DNA of 32,000 bases, taken from contig NC_014033.1 of assembly GCF_000025925.1 (NCBI RefSeq), positions 1,260,001 to 1,292,000 of the forward strand, written 5' to 3'. This document shows positions 1 to 9,360 of this stretch, piece after piece. The notes under the pieces are model-generated. The model had not been told where the DNA came from. It saw nothing but the letters and a program-made list of their open reading frames with translations, and searched no databases. Each line of letters opens with the position of its first letter. The first letter of the stretch is position 1. The position numbers were made by a program, and so were the translations under genes. This stretch comes from Xylanibacter ruminicola 23 (GTDB lineage: Bacteria; Bacteroidota; Bacteroidia; Bacteroidales; Bacteroidaceae).

Positions 1-1224
1 AAAGTAACGGGTTGCAAACAGCTGGTTCTGACCAACATCCGTAACAAGAATGGTATCGTCTGGAGACATCTCGGCTACCACGTTTACTACCTCGCCCATC
101 TTCAGCGGACCTTCGGTTGGATGGATGGCGGGCTCGATGACCTTTTCGCGCTCCATAGCGTCTAACTCCTTAAACGAGTCGCGCCACTTCTGATGGTCGT
201 TGGCCTCAATCAGCGCTGTGATAGCAGGTAACGATTCCTTACAATCAGCTACTACAGCTACGTCGGTCTTTACGTTCTTATCTATCTCGCTACGATCGAT
301 ATCCAAGTGAATAATCTTGGCCTGTTTGGCGTAGGTTTTCAAATTACCAGTTACGCGATCGCTGAAACGCATACCGATAGCAATCAGCACATCGCACTCC
401 TGCTCCTTCAGGTTCACGGCATAGTTACCGTGCATACCCAGCATACCCACATTGAGTGGATGATTTGATGGCAATGCCGAGAGGCCTAACATGGTACGAC
501 CAGCAGGGATATCAGCCTTTTCGAGGAATGCCTGTAGCTCTTTCTGTGCATTACCCAGCTCTACACCCTGACCAACAAGAGCCAAAGGTTTCTTGGCATT
601 ATTAATCAGTTCGGCAGCCTTGCGTACAGCCTCGTTATCCAGCTTTGGATAAGGTACATACGAACGAATGAAGTCGCACTTCATGGGCTCCCAGTCGATC
701 TCCTCTACCTGTGCGTTCTTGGTAAAATCGAGTACCACAGGACCAGGACGACCCGTACGGGCAATATAGAAAGCACGACTTACAGCCCAGGCAACATCTT
801 CGGCATGACGAATCTGGTAGCTCCACTTTGAGATAGGCTGCGATACGCCAACCAAATCTACCTCCTGGAAGAAGTCAGTACCCAGAGCGCCTGTTGGCAC
901 CTGACCGGCAATCACCACAATAGGTGTAGAGTCCATCATGGCATCGGCAATACCTGTTAACGTATTGGTGACACCAGGGCCGCTGGTTACCAAAACTACA
1001 CCTACCTCGCCACTAACGCGGGCATAGCCCTCAGCGGCATGGGTTGCACCTTGTTCGTGGCGCACCAATATATGGTCGAAACATTTCTTTTCGCCTCGTG
1101 TATAATCAAAGAGCGCATCGTAGGTAGGCATGATCGAACCGCCGGGATAACCAAAAATGGTTTTTACACCCTCGGCCTTCAACGCCCTCATCAGCGCCTT
1201 TGCACCTGTTATTCTATCCTTCAT
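1..1224 (-). CDS. ilvB: Acetolactate synthase large subunit (ThDP-dependent), partial; the C-terminus lies beyond the window edge
   Basis: I translated the reverse strand from the ATG at 1224. The frame is open to base 1, so it is absent from the closed-ORF track. Translation: MKDRITGAKALMRALKAEGVKTIFGYPGG ... VLVTSGPGVTNTLTGIADAMMDSTPIVVIAGQV ... TDVGQNQLFATRYF. These are classic ALS/ThDP-enzyme motifs. It lies 28 nt downstream of ilvD on the same strand. Confidence 0.88.
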   Translation of the reverse strand, partial: MKDRITGAKALMRALKAEGVKTIFGYPGGSIMPTYDALFDYTRGEKKCFDHILVRHEQGATHAAEGYARVSGEVGVVLVTSGPGVTNTLTGIADAMMDSTPIVVIAGQVPTGALGTDFFQEVDLVGVSQPISKWSYQIRHAEDVAWAVSRAFYIARTGRPGPVVLDFTKNAQVEEIDWEPMKCDFIRSYVPYPKLDNEAVRKAAELINNAKKPLALVGQGVELGNAQKELQAFLEKADIPAGRTMLGLSALPSNHPLNVGMLGMHGNYAVNLKEQECDVLIAIGMRFSDRVTGNLKTYAKQAKIIHLDIDRSEIDKNVKTDVAVVADCKESLPAITALIEANDHQKWRDSFKELDAMEREKVIEPAIHPTEGPLKMGEVVNVVAEMSPDDTILVTDVGQNQLFATRYF

Positions 1225-1252
1225 AATTCATTGTACATTGATCATTGACCAT

Positions 1253-3055
1253 TTAGTCGATTATTCTAACACCGCCTTTATCGGCACTCGATACGCTCTG
1301 GGCGTAGGCGCGCAATGCCTTGCTAACCACGCGGTTACGCTTAAGTGGCTGCTGTGGGCGTGCAGCCAGCTCGTCGTCGCTCAGTTTTACGCTGATAGAA
1401 CGACTGGGGATATCAATCACGATGATATCGCCATCCTTTACCTTGCCGATGTTACCACCATTGGCAGCCTCGGGTGAGATATGACCGATACTCAAACCTG
1501 ATGTACCACCCGAGAAACGACCATCGGTAATCAGCGCACACTCCTTACCCAGGTGCATGCTCTTAATATAGCTGGTAGGATACAGCATCTCCTGCATACC
1601 AGGACCTCCCTTTGGTCCCTCGTGGGTAATCACCACGCAGTCGCCACTCTTTACCTTGCCACCCAGAATGCCCTCGCAGGCATCCTCTTGTGAGTCGAAC
1701 ACCACAGCAGGGCCCTCGAAGTGCCACAGACTCTCATCTACACCAGCGGTCTTAACTACGCAACCGTCCTGGGCAATGTTACCAAACAGTACGGCCAGTC
1801 CGCCATCCTTGGTGTAAGCATGGGCCAAGTCGCGGATACAACCGTTTTCGCGGTCGGTATCAAGTGTGCCCCACTCTTCGCTCTGCGATCCCATCTTGGT
1901 TGAGAAGCGATTGCCAGGAGCCGTCTGATAAATGCGATTAGCTTCGGCATCTACAGCACCATCCACAATACTATATTTCTGCATGGCCTCGTTGAGTGTC
2001 AAGCCATCCACACGTGGGGCTGTGCCATCAATCAATCCACCTTTATTCAGCTCGTTCAGAATACCAAGAATACCACCTGCACGACCGCACTCCTGTACCG
2101 AGTACTTCTGGGTGTTAGGAGCCAGCTTACACAAGCAGGGAACCTTGCGGCTCAGAGCGTCGATATCCTTCATGGTGAAGTCGGCACCAGCTTCCTGAGC
2201 CACAGCCAACAAGTGCAGCACCGTATTGGTACTACCACCCATAGCGATATCCAGAGCCATCGCATTCATGAAGGCCTTGCGGGTAGCAATATTGCGTGGC
2301 AATACGCTCTCGTCGCCATCCTCGTAGTAAGCAAAGGCGTTCTTTACCACCTGACGGGCAGCAGCCTTGAACAGTTCGATACGATTGGTGTGAGTTGCCA
2401 AAATGGTACCATTACCAGGCAGCGACAGTCCGATGGCCTCAGTAAGCGAGTTCATCGAGTTGGCTGTAAACATACCCGAGCAGCTACCGCAACCAGGACA
2501 AGCACACTGTTCTATCTCCTTGATTTCGTCGTCGGTCACACTTGGGTCGGCACCTTTAATCATGGCGGTAATCAGGTCGGCATTCTCGCCGCGCCATTTA
2601 CCAGCCTCCATCGGGCCACCACTACAAAACACCGTAGGAATATTCAGTCGCATTGAGGCCATCAGCATACCAGGTGTAACCTTATCACAGTTTGATATGC
2701 AAATCATGGCATCGGCCTTATGGGCGTTTACCATATACTCTACGCTGTCGGCAATAATATCACGACTGGGCAGCGAGTACAGCATACCATCGTGACCCAT
2801 AGCAATACCGTCGTCGATAGCAATCGTATTGAATTCGGCAGCATAGCAGCCCATCTTTTCGATTTCCTCGCGCACAATCTGACCAATCTCGTGAAGATGT
2901 GTATGACCGGGCACAAACTGGGTAAACGAGTTCACAATGGCAATAATGGGTTTGCCAAACTGCTCGTGTTTCATACCCGTGGCCACCCACAATGCGCGGG
3001 CTCCAGCCATTCTACGTCCTTCTGTGCAGACTGCGCTGCGTAACTGGTGTTTCAT
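1253..3055 (-). CDS. ilvD: Dihydroxy-acid dehydratase
   Basis: 600-aa ORF with IlvD/Edd signatures: [44 protein letters not shown]. Confidence 0.95.
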   Translation of the reverse strand: MKHQLRSAVCTEGRRMAGARALWVATGMKHEQFGKPIIAIVNSFTQFVPGHTHLHEIGQIVREEIEKMGCYAAEFNTIAIDDGIAMGHDGMLYSLPSRDIIADSVEYMVNAHKADAMICISNCDKVTPGMLMASMRLNIPTVFCSGGPMEAGKWRGENADLITAMIKGADPSVTDDEIKEIEQCACPGCGSCSGMFTANSMNSLTEAIGLSLPGNGTILATHTNRIELFKAAARQVVKNAFAYYEDGDESVLPRNIATRKAFMNAMALDIAMGGSTNTVLHLLAVAQEAGADFTMKDIDALSRKVPCLCKLAPNTQKYSVQECGRAGGILGILNELNKGGLIDGTAPRVDGLTLNEAMQKYSIVDGAVDAEANRIYQTAPGNRFSTKMGSQSEEWGTLDTDRENGCIRDLAHAYTKDGGLAVLFGNIAQDGCVVKTAGVDESLWHFEGPAVVFDSQEDACEGILGGKVKSGDCVVITHEGPKGGPGMQEMLYPTSYIKSMHLGKECALITDGRFSGGTSGLSIGHISPEAANGGNIGKVKDGDIIVIDIPSRSISVKLSDDELAARPQQPLKRNRVVSKALRAYAQSVSSADKGGVRIID

Positions 3056-3090
3056 ATACCTATTTACTTTTAAAATCCGAAATTTAGCCG

Positions 3091-3098
3091 CAAAAATA
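3091..3098 (-). promoter_or_regulatory. Candidate Bacteroidetes -7 promoter box (TATTTTTG on the minus strand) for ilvD-ilvB
   Basis: Plus-strand caaaaata is the reverse complement of TAnnTTTG. It lies about 36 nt upstream of the ilvD ATG. Confidence 0.35.
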
Positions 3099-3141
3099 CA
3101 AATAAACTATCAAATAGCCAACTATTTCGGAAAATTATTAG

Positions 3142-3149
3142 TAAATTTG
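3142..3149 (+). promoter_or_regulatory. Candidate -7 promoter box (TAAATTTG) for the GH2 gene
   Basis: Matches TAnnTTTG, 34 nt upstream of the ATG at 3183. Confidence 0.4.
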
Positions 3150-3182
3150 CAGCAAAATAATGATTACTAATAACAAATTGAA

Positions 3183-5636
3183 ATGAAAAAGGGACTAATT
3201 ACAATGCTGTTGGCAGCCCCGTTATCGGTGTTTGCCCAACAGCGACAGGAAATCACATTGAGTGATAACTGGCTCTTCTCACAAAACAAATCTGATTGGC
3301 AAACCGTTTGTGTGCCTCACGATTGGGCTATTGCAGGACCGTTTGATAAGAAATGGGACTTGCAGAAGGTGGCTATCGAACAGAATGGCGAAACCGAAGC
3401 AACCGAAAAGAGTGGACGTTCGGGTGCCCTGCCCTGGATTGGCGAAGGACATTATAAGCGAACCATCACTATCCCAGAAGGTTACAAGCATGCAATGCTG
3501 GTGTTCGATGGGGCTATGTCCGAACCTACAGTAAGCATCAACGGCATGCAGGCCGGCTATTGGGCCTACGGCTACAATACCTTCCGCGTGAATATCACCC
3601 CATTTATACAAACAGGCGACAACCTGCTGGAGGTTGATCTGCAGAATGTAGAAGAGAGCAGTCGCTGGTATCCTGGCGCTGGTATCTACCGTCCTGTAAA
3701 ACTGGTACTTACAAAATACGGATGGATTGATCCTTGGAAAACTTATATCCGCACCCGCGAACTGAGTGCCAACCTGGCTGTACTTGATGTAAACGTGGGT
3801 ATCGGCAGTGCGCTGGATGGTGGTTTAAAATTCGATGTGGAGATTTGCGATGCTACTGGTAAAGTAGTAGCAAGCGGCAGTAGTGACGACCTGAACAACG
3901 AAGGCATTGCACAAATGGCTATAACCGTTAATCAGCCCCAGCTGTGGAGCCCTGAGTCACCTTATTTATATACTGCTCGCATCAAATACTCGCAGAGTGG
4001 CGAACTGCTTGATGAAGTAACACAGAAGTTTGGTATCCGTACCATCAAATGCTCAAAGGATGGTGGTTTCCAGCTTAATGGCGTATCGCGCAAAATTAAG
4101 GGTGTTTGCTTGCATCACGACCTTGGTCCGTTGGGTGCCGCCATCAACAAGAGTGCACTTATCCGACAGATCAAGATGATGAAGGCGATGGGTTGTGATG
4201 CAATTCGTACATCGCACAATATGCCCAGTCAGATGCAGATGGATGTTTGCGATTCGTTGGGTATGATGGTGATGGCCGAGAGCTTCGACATGTGGAAATA
4301 TCCCAAGTGCAAGAATGGTTATGCACGTTTCTTCGATGAGTGGTGGGCGAAGGATATCACCAACCTGGTGCTTGCCAACCGTAATCATCCCAGCATCATC
4401 ATGTGGAGTATCGGCAACGAGATTCCTGAACAAGGCAATAAAGTCGAAGGTCCGAAGATGGCCAAGGCCCTGCAGGATCTCTGTCATCAGCTCGACCCCT
4501 CACGTCCCGTTACACAAGGTATGGACCGTGTAGATGAAGCCGTAAACTATGGTTTTGCTGCTGTCATGGATGTTCCAGGTTACAACTACCGACTGCCTAA
4601 ATATAAACTGTATTACGAAAAGCTGCCACAGGGATTCCTGTTAGGTTCCGAAACGGCTTCAACCGTCAGCAGTCGCGGCGTATATAAGTTCCCTGTCGAG
4701 ATTAAGGACAACTCGCAGTATGCCTCATGGTCGCCTGGTTATATTCCTGGTGCCGTACTGAAAGAAGACGGACAGTGTTCGGCTTATGATGTGGAGCATT
4801 GCTCGTGGAGTAATCTGCCCGACGACGATTGGGTGATGCAGGACGATCTGCCTTGGGTGATTGGTGAGTTTGTTTGGACAGGTTACGACTATCTGGGTGA
4901 GCCTACCCCATACGATGAGTACTGGCCCTCGCGCAGCAGCTATTTCGGCATCTGCGATTTGGCCGGTCTGCCTAAGGATCGTTATTTCCTGTATCGTTCT
5001 AAGTGGAACAAGGATCAGCATACTATCCATCTGCTGCCTCACTGGAGCTTTGGCAAGGAACGTGTTGGCAAGGTAACACCAGTTTATTGCTACACCGATT
5101 ATCCTGCAGGCGAACTCTTTGTAAATGGTAAGAGTCAGGGTAAGGTAACTAAGAATCCAGCCGAGCGTTTGGACCGTTATCGTCTGCGTTGGAACAATGT
5201 GGTTTACAAGCCAGGCGAGGTAAAAGTGGTGGTTTACGACACCCAAGGCAACAAGGCTGGCGAGCAGACCATCCGTACAGCAGGCAAACCATCAGCCATC
5301 GCTTGTGATGTTTGGACACAGCACGATGCCCCATGTCTGAAGGCTGATGGCGACGATTTAGCCTTCGTTACTGTATCACTTACTGATAAGAATGGCATCA
5401 TGATTCCAGAGGCCGACGATCAGCTTACTTTTGAGGTGACTGGTGCAGGTACCTTCGAGGCTGTCTGCAATGGCGATGCCACCAGCTTAGAGCCATTTAA
5501 AGAGCCAACCATGAAGCTGTTTAAAGGTCAGTTGGTAGTTATTGTTCGTGGTGCTAAACAGCCAGGAACAGCCATCTTGAAGGTAACCGATAAGAGCAGA
5601 AAACTGAGTAAGACTATCGAGATTAAAGTAGGCTAA
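3183..5636 (+). CDS. Secreted glycoside hydrolase family 2 protein (beta-galactosidase-like)
   Basis: 817-aa ORF with a signal peptide (MKKGLITMLLAAPLSVFAQQ). It has the GH2 acid/base motif MWSIGNE, the nucleophile region GEFVWTGYDYLGE, and C-terminal Ig-like domains. Confidence 0.85.
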   Translation: MKKGLITMLLAAPLSVFAQQRQEITLSDNWLFSQNKSDWQTVCVPHDWAIAGPFDKKWDLQKVAIEQNGETEATEKSGRSGALPWIGEGHYKRTITIPEGYKHAMLVFDGAMSEPTVSINGMQAGYWAYGYNTFRVNITPFIQTGDNLLEVDLQNVEESSRWYPGAGIYRPVKLVLTKYGWIDPWKTYIRTRELSANLAVLDVNVGIGSALDGGLKFDVEICDATGKVVASGSSDDLNNEGIAQMAITVNQPQLWSPESPYLYTARIKYSQSGELLDEVTQKFGIRTIKCSKDGGFQLNGVSRKIKGVCLHHDLGPLGAAINKSALIRQIKMMKAMGCDAIRTSHNMPSQMQMDVCDSLGMMVMAESFDMWKYPKCKNGYARFFDEWWAKDITNLVLANRNHPSIIMWSIGNEIPEQGNKVEGPKMAKALQDLCHQLDPSRPVTQGMDRVDEAVNYGFAAVMDVPGYNYRLPKYKLYYEKLPQGFLLGSETASTVSSRGVYKFPVEIKDNSQYASWSPGYIPGAVLKEDGQCSAYDVEHCSWSNLPDDDWVMQDDLPWVIGEFVWTGYDYLGEPTPYDEYWPSRSSYFGICDLAGLPKDRYFLYRSKWNKDQHTIHLLPHWSFGKERVGKVTPVYCYTDYPAGELFVNGKSQGKVTKNPAERLDRYRLRWNNVVYKPGEVKVVVYDTQGNKAGEQTIRTAGKPSAIACDVWTQHDAPCLKADGDDLAFVTVSLTDKNGIMIPEADDQLTFEVTGAGTFEAVCNGDATSLEPFKEPTMKLFKGQLVVIVRGAKQPGTAILKVTDKSRKLSKTIEIKVG

Positions 5637-6543
5637 TAAGACTACTTGCTAACACGATAACAACCATGATGATTTCAGCTGTGCGATTTACTCGTACAGC
5701 TGTTTTCATATCTGCTGTAGTCAACTCGCGATCGTTATCACCAATATAAGGTTTATCGAATACTTCGCCGAAATACTTATGTGGTCCACCAAACCTGCAA
5801 TTCAGAATGCTGGCTAATGCAGCCTCAGGATAACCGCTATTTGGTGAAGCATGACAGCAACCGTATTTGCGCACGAAACCAAGGCACTTTGGGCACCAAA
5901 TAACCATCAGTAACGCAGTTAAGCGCGCGGGGATGTAGTTGGCTACATCATCGATACGGGCAGCCCAGCAGCCAAACTGCAGGTAGCGTTCGGTATGGTA
6001 GCCAATCATCGAGTCGAGTGTGTTCACCATCTTATAAGCCAGCATACCAGGTGTGCCCAGCAACATCAACCAGAACAGCGGCGCTATTACTCCATCACTC
6101 AGGTTCTCGGCCAGCGTCTCGAGTGCTGCCGTACGTACCTCTTGTGCCGACAGCTCCGAGGTGTCGCGACCCACAATACGGGCCACCTGCGCCCTACCCT
6201 CGTCTAACGATCTGTCTAAGGCCAGAAACACCTGTCGCACCTCACGGATAAGTGTCGTTCCCGCCAAGCAGTAAAACACAGCGATGGCGTCGAACGCCAA
6301 TAACAAATAAACGTTAACCAATAAACAGCACTTACGGATAAACCACGTAGTAGCAAATATCGCAACGATGAATCCAATAGCCATCAAAGCACCTTTTAGT
6401 TTGCGATGGTTACCATGATTCAGATGCCGTTCGCCAAAGGCAATCATTCGTCCGAACCACACGATGGGATGCGGCAACTTCACTGGGTCGCCGAATATCA
6501 AATCGAGTAGCCAACCTATCAATAATGCTATCGGATTAATCAT
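5623..6543 (-). CDS. cbiB: Adenosylcobinamide-phosphate synthase (CobD/CbiB family membrane protein)
   Basis: 306-aa hydrophobic ORF with a CbiB-type N-terminus (LLDLIFGDPVKLPHPIVWFG) and ENLSDGVIAPLFW. It overlaps the cobQ stop by 8 nt. Confidence 0.9.
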   Translation of the reverse strand: MINPIALLIGWLLDLIFGDPVKLPHPIVWFGRMIAFGERHLNHGNHRKLKGALMAIGFIVAIFATTWFIRKCCLLVNVYLLLAFDAIAVFYCLAGTTLIREVRQVFLALDRSLDEGRAQVARIVGRDTSELSAQEVRTAALETLAENLSDGVIAPLFWLMLLGTPGMLAYKMVNTLDSMIGYHTERYLQFGCWAARIDDVANYIPARLTALLMVIWCPKCLGFVRKYGCCHASPNSGYPEAALASILNCRFGGPHKYFGEVFDKPYIGDNDRELTTADMKTAVRVNRTAEIIMVVIVLASSLISLL

Positions 6544-7957
6544 GACTCATTATCTCATAAATACGCTGTATATCAACATGCTGGCGCACGTGGGCTGCCA
6601 ACTTATTATACTGCTCGTTCTTAAAAGAATCGGCATCCTGCGCTGTGAAAGTCTGCTTAGTACCCAACAGATAGTCGATAACCGACTGATTGTCGAGGAA
6701 ACCGTGAATATATGTACCAATACAATGATCCGTCTGCATGATCATCTCATCGGTATCACTCACGCCCTGATGAATCTCGTAACCCTGACAGGTCTGACCA
6801 TTAAACTGGAAACTCACCTGACGGGTGGTCTTCTCTGCGCTCATGGTGGTGTGGATGGGCAGCAGTCCAAGACCAGGCAGACTGGCTATCGAACCTTCCA
6901 CACCATCAGGATCATCCACCGAAAGTCCCAGCATCTGATAACCACCACAGATACCTATCACCATCTTACCATCGCGATGGGCGCGCATGATAGTCTGTGC
7001 ACAACCGTTCCGACGCAACTCCAACAGGTCGTCGAGGGTTGATTTCGTGCCAGGCAGGATGATGAAATCAGCCTGCTCCAGATCCGAGATATTATTGGTA
7101 TAAAACAGGTTCACACGCGGATGACGCTCCAGGGTGTCGAAATCGGTATAATTGGAGATATGTCGCAACAGCACCACTGCCACGTTCACCTTACCAGCTA
7201 TCAACTGCCGGCGCTTCTGCTCCAGCGCCACCGAATCCTCCTCGTCGATATAGATATCCTTATAGTATGGCACCACGCCTAACACAGGTACTCCACACAG
7301 ATCCTCGAGCATCCGTCGCCCCTCGTCGAAAAGACGCATATCACCACGAAACTTATTGATGATAATACCCTTGATGAGTTTTCTATCCTCAGGTGTCTGC
7401 AGTGCAATACTGCCATAGACCGATGCAAACACGCCACCTCTATCAATGTCACCCACCAGTATCACATCCGCCTGCGCATGGCGTGCCATCGGCAGATTCA
7501 CCAAGTCGGTTGCACGCAAATTGATTTCCGAGATACTGCCAGCGCCCTCCATCACGATGGGATTATAGCGAGCCGCCAAGCGATCGAAGGCTCCGCATAC
7601 TTCCTGTCGGTAATCGATATCGGAACAGCCCCGCCGCCAGTAGTCGTAGGCATGCTTGTTGCCCAATGGCTTGCCATGCAGCACCACTTGCGACGTATGG
7701 TCAGAACTGGGTTTAAGAAGTAGCGGATTCATATCCGTCTCACAAGGGATGCCAGCCGCCTCGGCCTGTACAGCCTGTGCACGTCCTATCTCGAAACCGT
7801 CGGGTGTGGCATAAGAGTTAAGCGCCATATTCTGTGCTTTAAAAGGCGCTGGCGCATATCCATCCTGACGGAAGATGCGACAGAAGGCTGCAGCTAGGAT
7901 GCTCTTACCCACATCACTGCCTGTACCAACGAACATCAGGGGGTGTAACTTCTTCAT
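6536..7957 (-). CDS. cobQ: Cobyric acid synthase
   Basis: 473-aa ORF. The N-terminal nucleotide-binding motif is FVGTGSDVGKS and PFKAQNMALNS follows. The C-terminal glutamine amidotransferase domain shows ICGGYQMLG ... YIHG. It overlaps the upstream gene by 4 nt. Confidence 0.92.
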   Translation of the reverse strand: MKKLHPLMFVGTGSDVGKSILAAAFCRIFRQDGYAPAPFKAQNMALNSYATPDGFEIGRAQAVQAEAAGIPCETDMNPLLLKPSSDHTSQVVLHGKPLGNKHAYDYWRRGCSDIDYRQEVCGAFDRLAARYNPIVMEGAGSISEINLRATDLVNLPMARHAQADVILVGDIDRGGVFASVYGSIALQTPEDRKLIKGIIINKFRGDMRLFDEGRRMLEDLCGVPVLGVVPYYKDIYIDEEDSVALEQKRRQLIAGKVNVAVVLLRHISNYTDFDTLERHPRVNLFYTNNISDLEQADFIILPGTKSTLDDLLELRRNGCAQTIMRAHRDGKMVIGICGGYQMLGLSVDDPDGVEGSIASLPGLGLLPIHTTMSAEKTTRQVSFQFNGQTCQGYEIHQGVSDTDEMIMQTDHCIGTYIHGFLDNQSVIDYLLGTKQTFTAQDADSFKNEQYNKLAAHVRQHVDIQRIYEIMSHD

Positions 7958-9354
7958 AAGTCGCGACCAGGTTTTAGTTGTGCAGCATCATCAAAAGTCA
8001 GAATCGCATTACAGAGTGTCGCAGCCAGATTGCTACCGCCTTTACGTCCTTCCACTATCAGTTTGGGAATATCGCGGAAAGGTTTCACCATGTGTTTCGA
8101 CTCGCACACATGCACAAACCCCACAGGTGCCGCGATGATACCGGCTGGATGCGCTTTGCCTTTGCGCACCAGTTCACACAGTTCCATAAGCGCTGTTGGT
8201 GCATTGCCAAAAGCAAACAGTGCATCAGGATGCTCCTCCACGGCCAGACGAATGCCAGCCTGCGTACGCGTGATACCCAAGTGCTCTGCCATCTCAGTAG
8301 CACGTGGGTCTGAGAGATAACATTTCACCTCAAGACCCAGTCGCTCTACCGCTCCCTTGCGGATACCACTGGTCACCATCGTCACATCGCTGATGATCGT
8401 CTTCAGTGTGCCATCCTTCACCTTCTGATAGAGCGTTTCTACAGCCCCTTCGTCAGAATACAGGATATTCTCCATATCAAAGTCGGCTGTAGTATGGATG
8501 GCATGCAGCAGTGCCCATTTATGGTCGAGCGGATAGTCCTGTCGTTTCAGTTCCTTTGCGATGGTGAGGAATGAGGTTATCATGATGTTCTGCCCCACTT
8601 TCTCGCCTTCAGCCACCACCTCACGGTAGTAACCGCGTGGCGTAATCAGGCGGCCGTCAGCTATATAGGACTGGGAATTACCGATGATGATGACGGTAAA
8701 CATATCCACATCCTCAGGGTCGAAAGCGCCGAGAGTCGTCAACTTCACCACCTCGTCGTCGCGACCCGCCTGGCGCACATAGCCCACAGGGGTTTCAGCC
8801 GAACGATGCTGCAGGAATATCTCTTGCAAGCGATACAGCTGCCAGTAGCGCCCATGCGATTTGGGATTATAGACCGCCGTCACAAAGTCACCCATCGCAG
8901 CCGCCACTATGCGACGTTCTATCACCTCCCAAGGCGTCATCAGGTCGCTCATCGAGATGATACACATATCATGCCCGATAGGCGCACCCAACAGTGAGGC
9001 AGCCTTCTGGAAGGCGGATATGCCCGGCAGCGACACGATTTCGATATCCGAGCCACGTTCGCGGCGCATCTCATAGATCAAGGGCGTCATACCGTAGATG
9101 CCGGCATCACCCGAAGAGATCACCACCACCGTCTTATCCTGTTCGGCCAGTTCAAAAGCCTGTGCAGCGCGCTGGCGTTCCTTCTTCATACCCGTGTCGA
9201 TACACTCACAGTCGGCCTTTACATAAGGCATGATAAACTGGAAGTAATACTGAAAGCCCACTATCACGTCGGCCTGTCGCACTGCCTCGAGCACTGCAGG
9301 TGTGATGTCCTGCTGCGAACCAGGACCAATGCCAGCTACGATAATCTTTCCCAT
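7954..9354 (-). CDS. cbiH: Fusion protein: cobalt-precorrin-3/precorrin-3B C17-methyltransferase (CbiH/CobJ, N-terminal) plus precorrin-8X methylmutase (CbiC/CobH, C-terminal)
   Basis: 466-aa ORF. The N-terminus has tetrapyrrole methylase motifs (IIVAGIGPGS, VVVISSGDAGIYGM). The C-terminal half has CbiC motifs (FAFGNAPTAL, AGIIAAPVGFV). Confidence 0.88.
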   Translation of the reverse strand: MGKIIVAGIGPGSQQDITPAVLEAVRQADVIVGFQYYFQFIMPYVKADCECIDTGMKKERQRAAQAFELAEQDKTVVVISSGDAGIYGMTPLIYEMRRERGSDIEIVSLPGISAFQKAASLLGAPIGHDMCIISMSDLMTPWEVIERRIVAAAMGDFVTAVYNPKSHGRYWQLYRLQEIFLQHRSAETPVGYVRQAGRDDEVVKLTTLGAFDPEDVDMFTVIIIGNSQSYIADGRLITPRGYYREVVAEGEKVGQNIMITSFLTIAKELKRQDYPLDHKWALLHAIHTTADFDMENILYSDEGAVETLYQKVKDGTLKTIISDVTMVTSGIRKGAVERLGLEVKCYLSDPRATEMAEHLGITRTQAGIRLAVEEHPDALFAFGNAPTALMELCELVRKGKAHPAGIIAAPVGFVHVCESKHMVKPFRDIPKLIVEGRKGGSNLAATLCNAILTFDDAAQLKPGRDL

Positions 9355-9360
9355 ATCCTC

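Noticed and set aside
1039-3170. Multiple plus-strand ORFs of 60-147 aa across ilvB and ilvD, and an ORF at 2937-3170 running into the intergenic region
   Set aside because: All are antisense or out of frame relative to the strongly supported ilvB and ilvD frames, and none has a recognisable motif.
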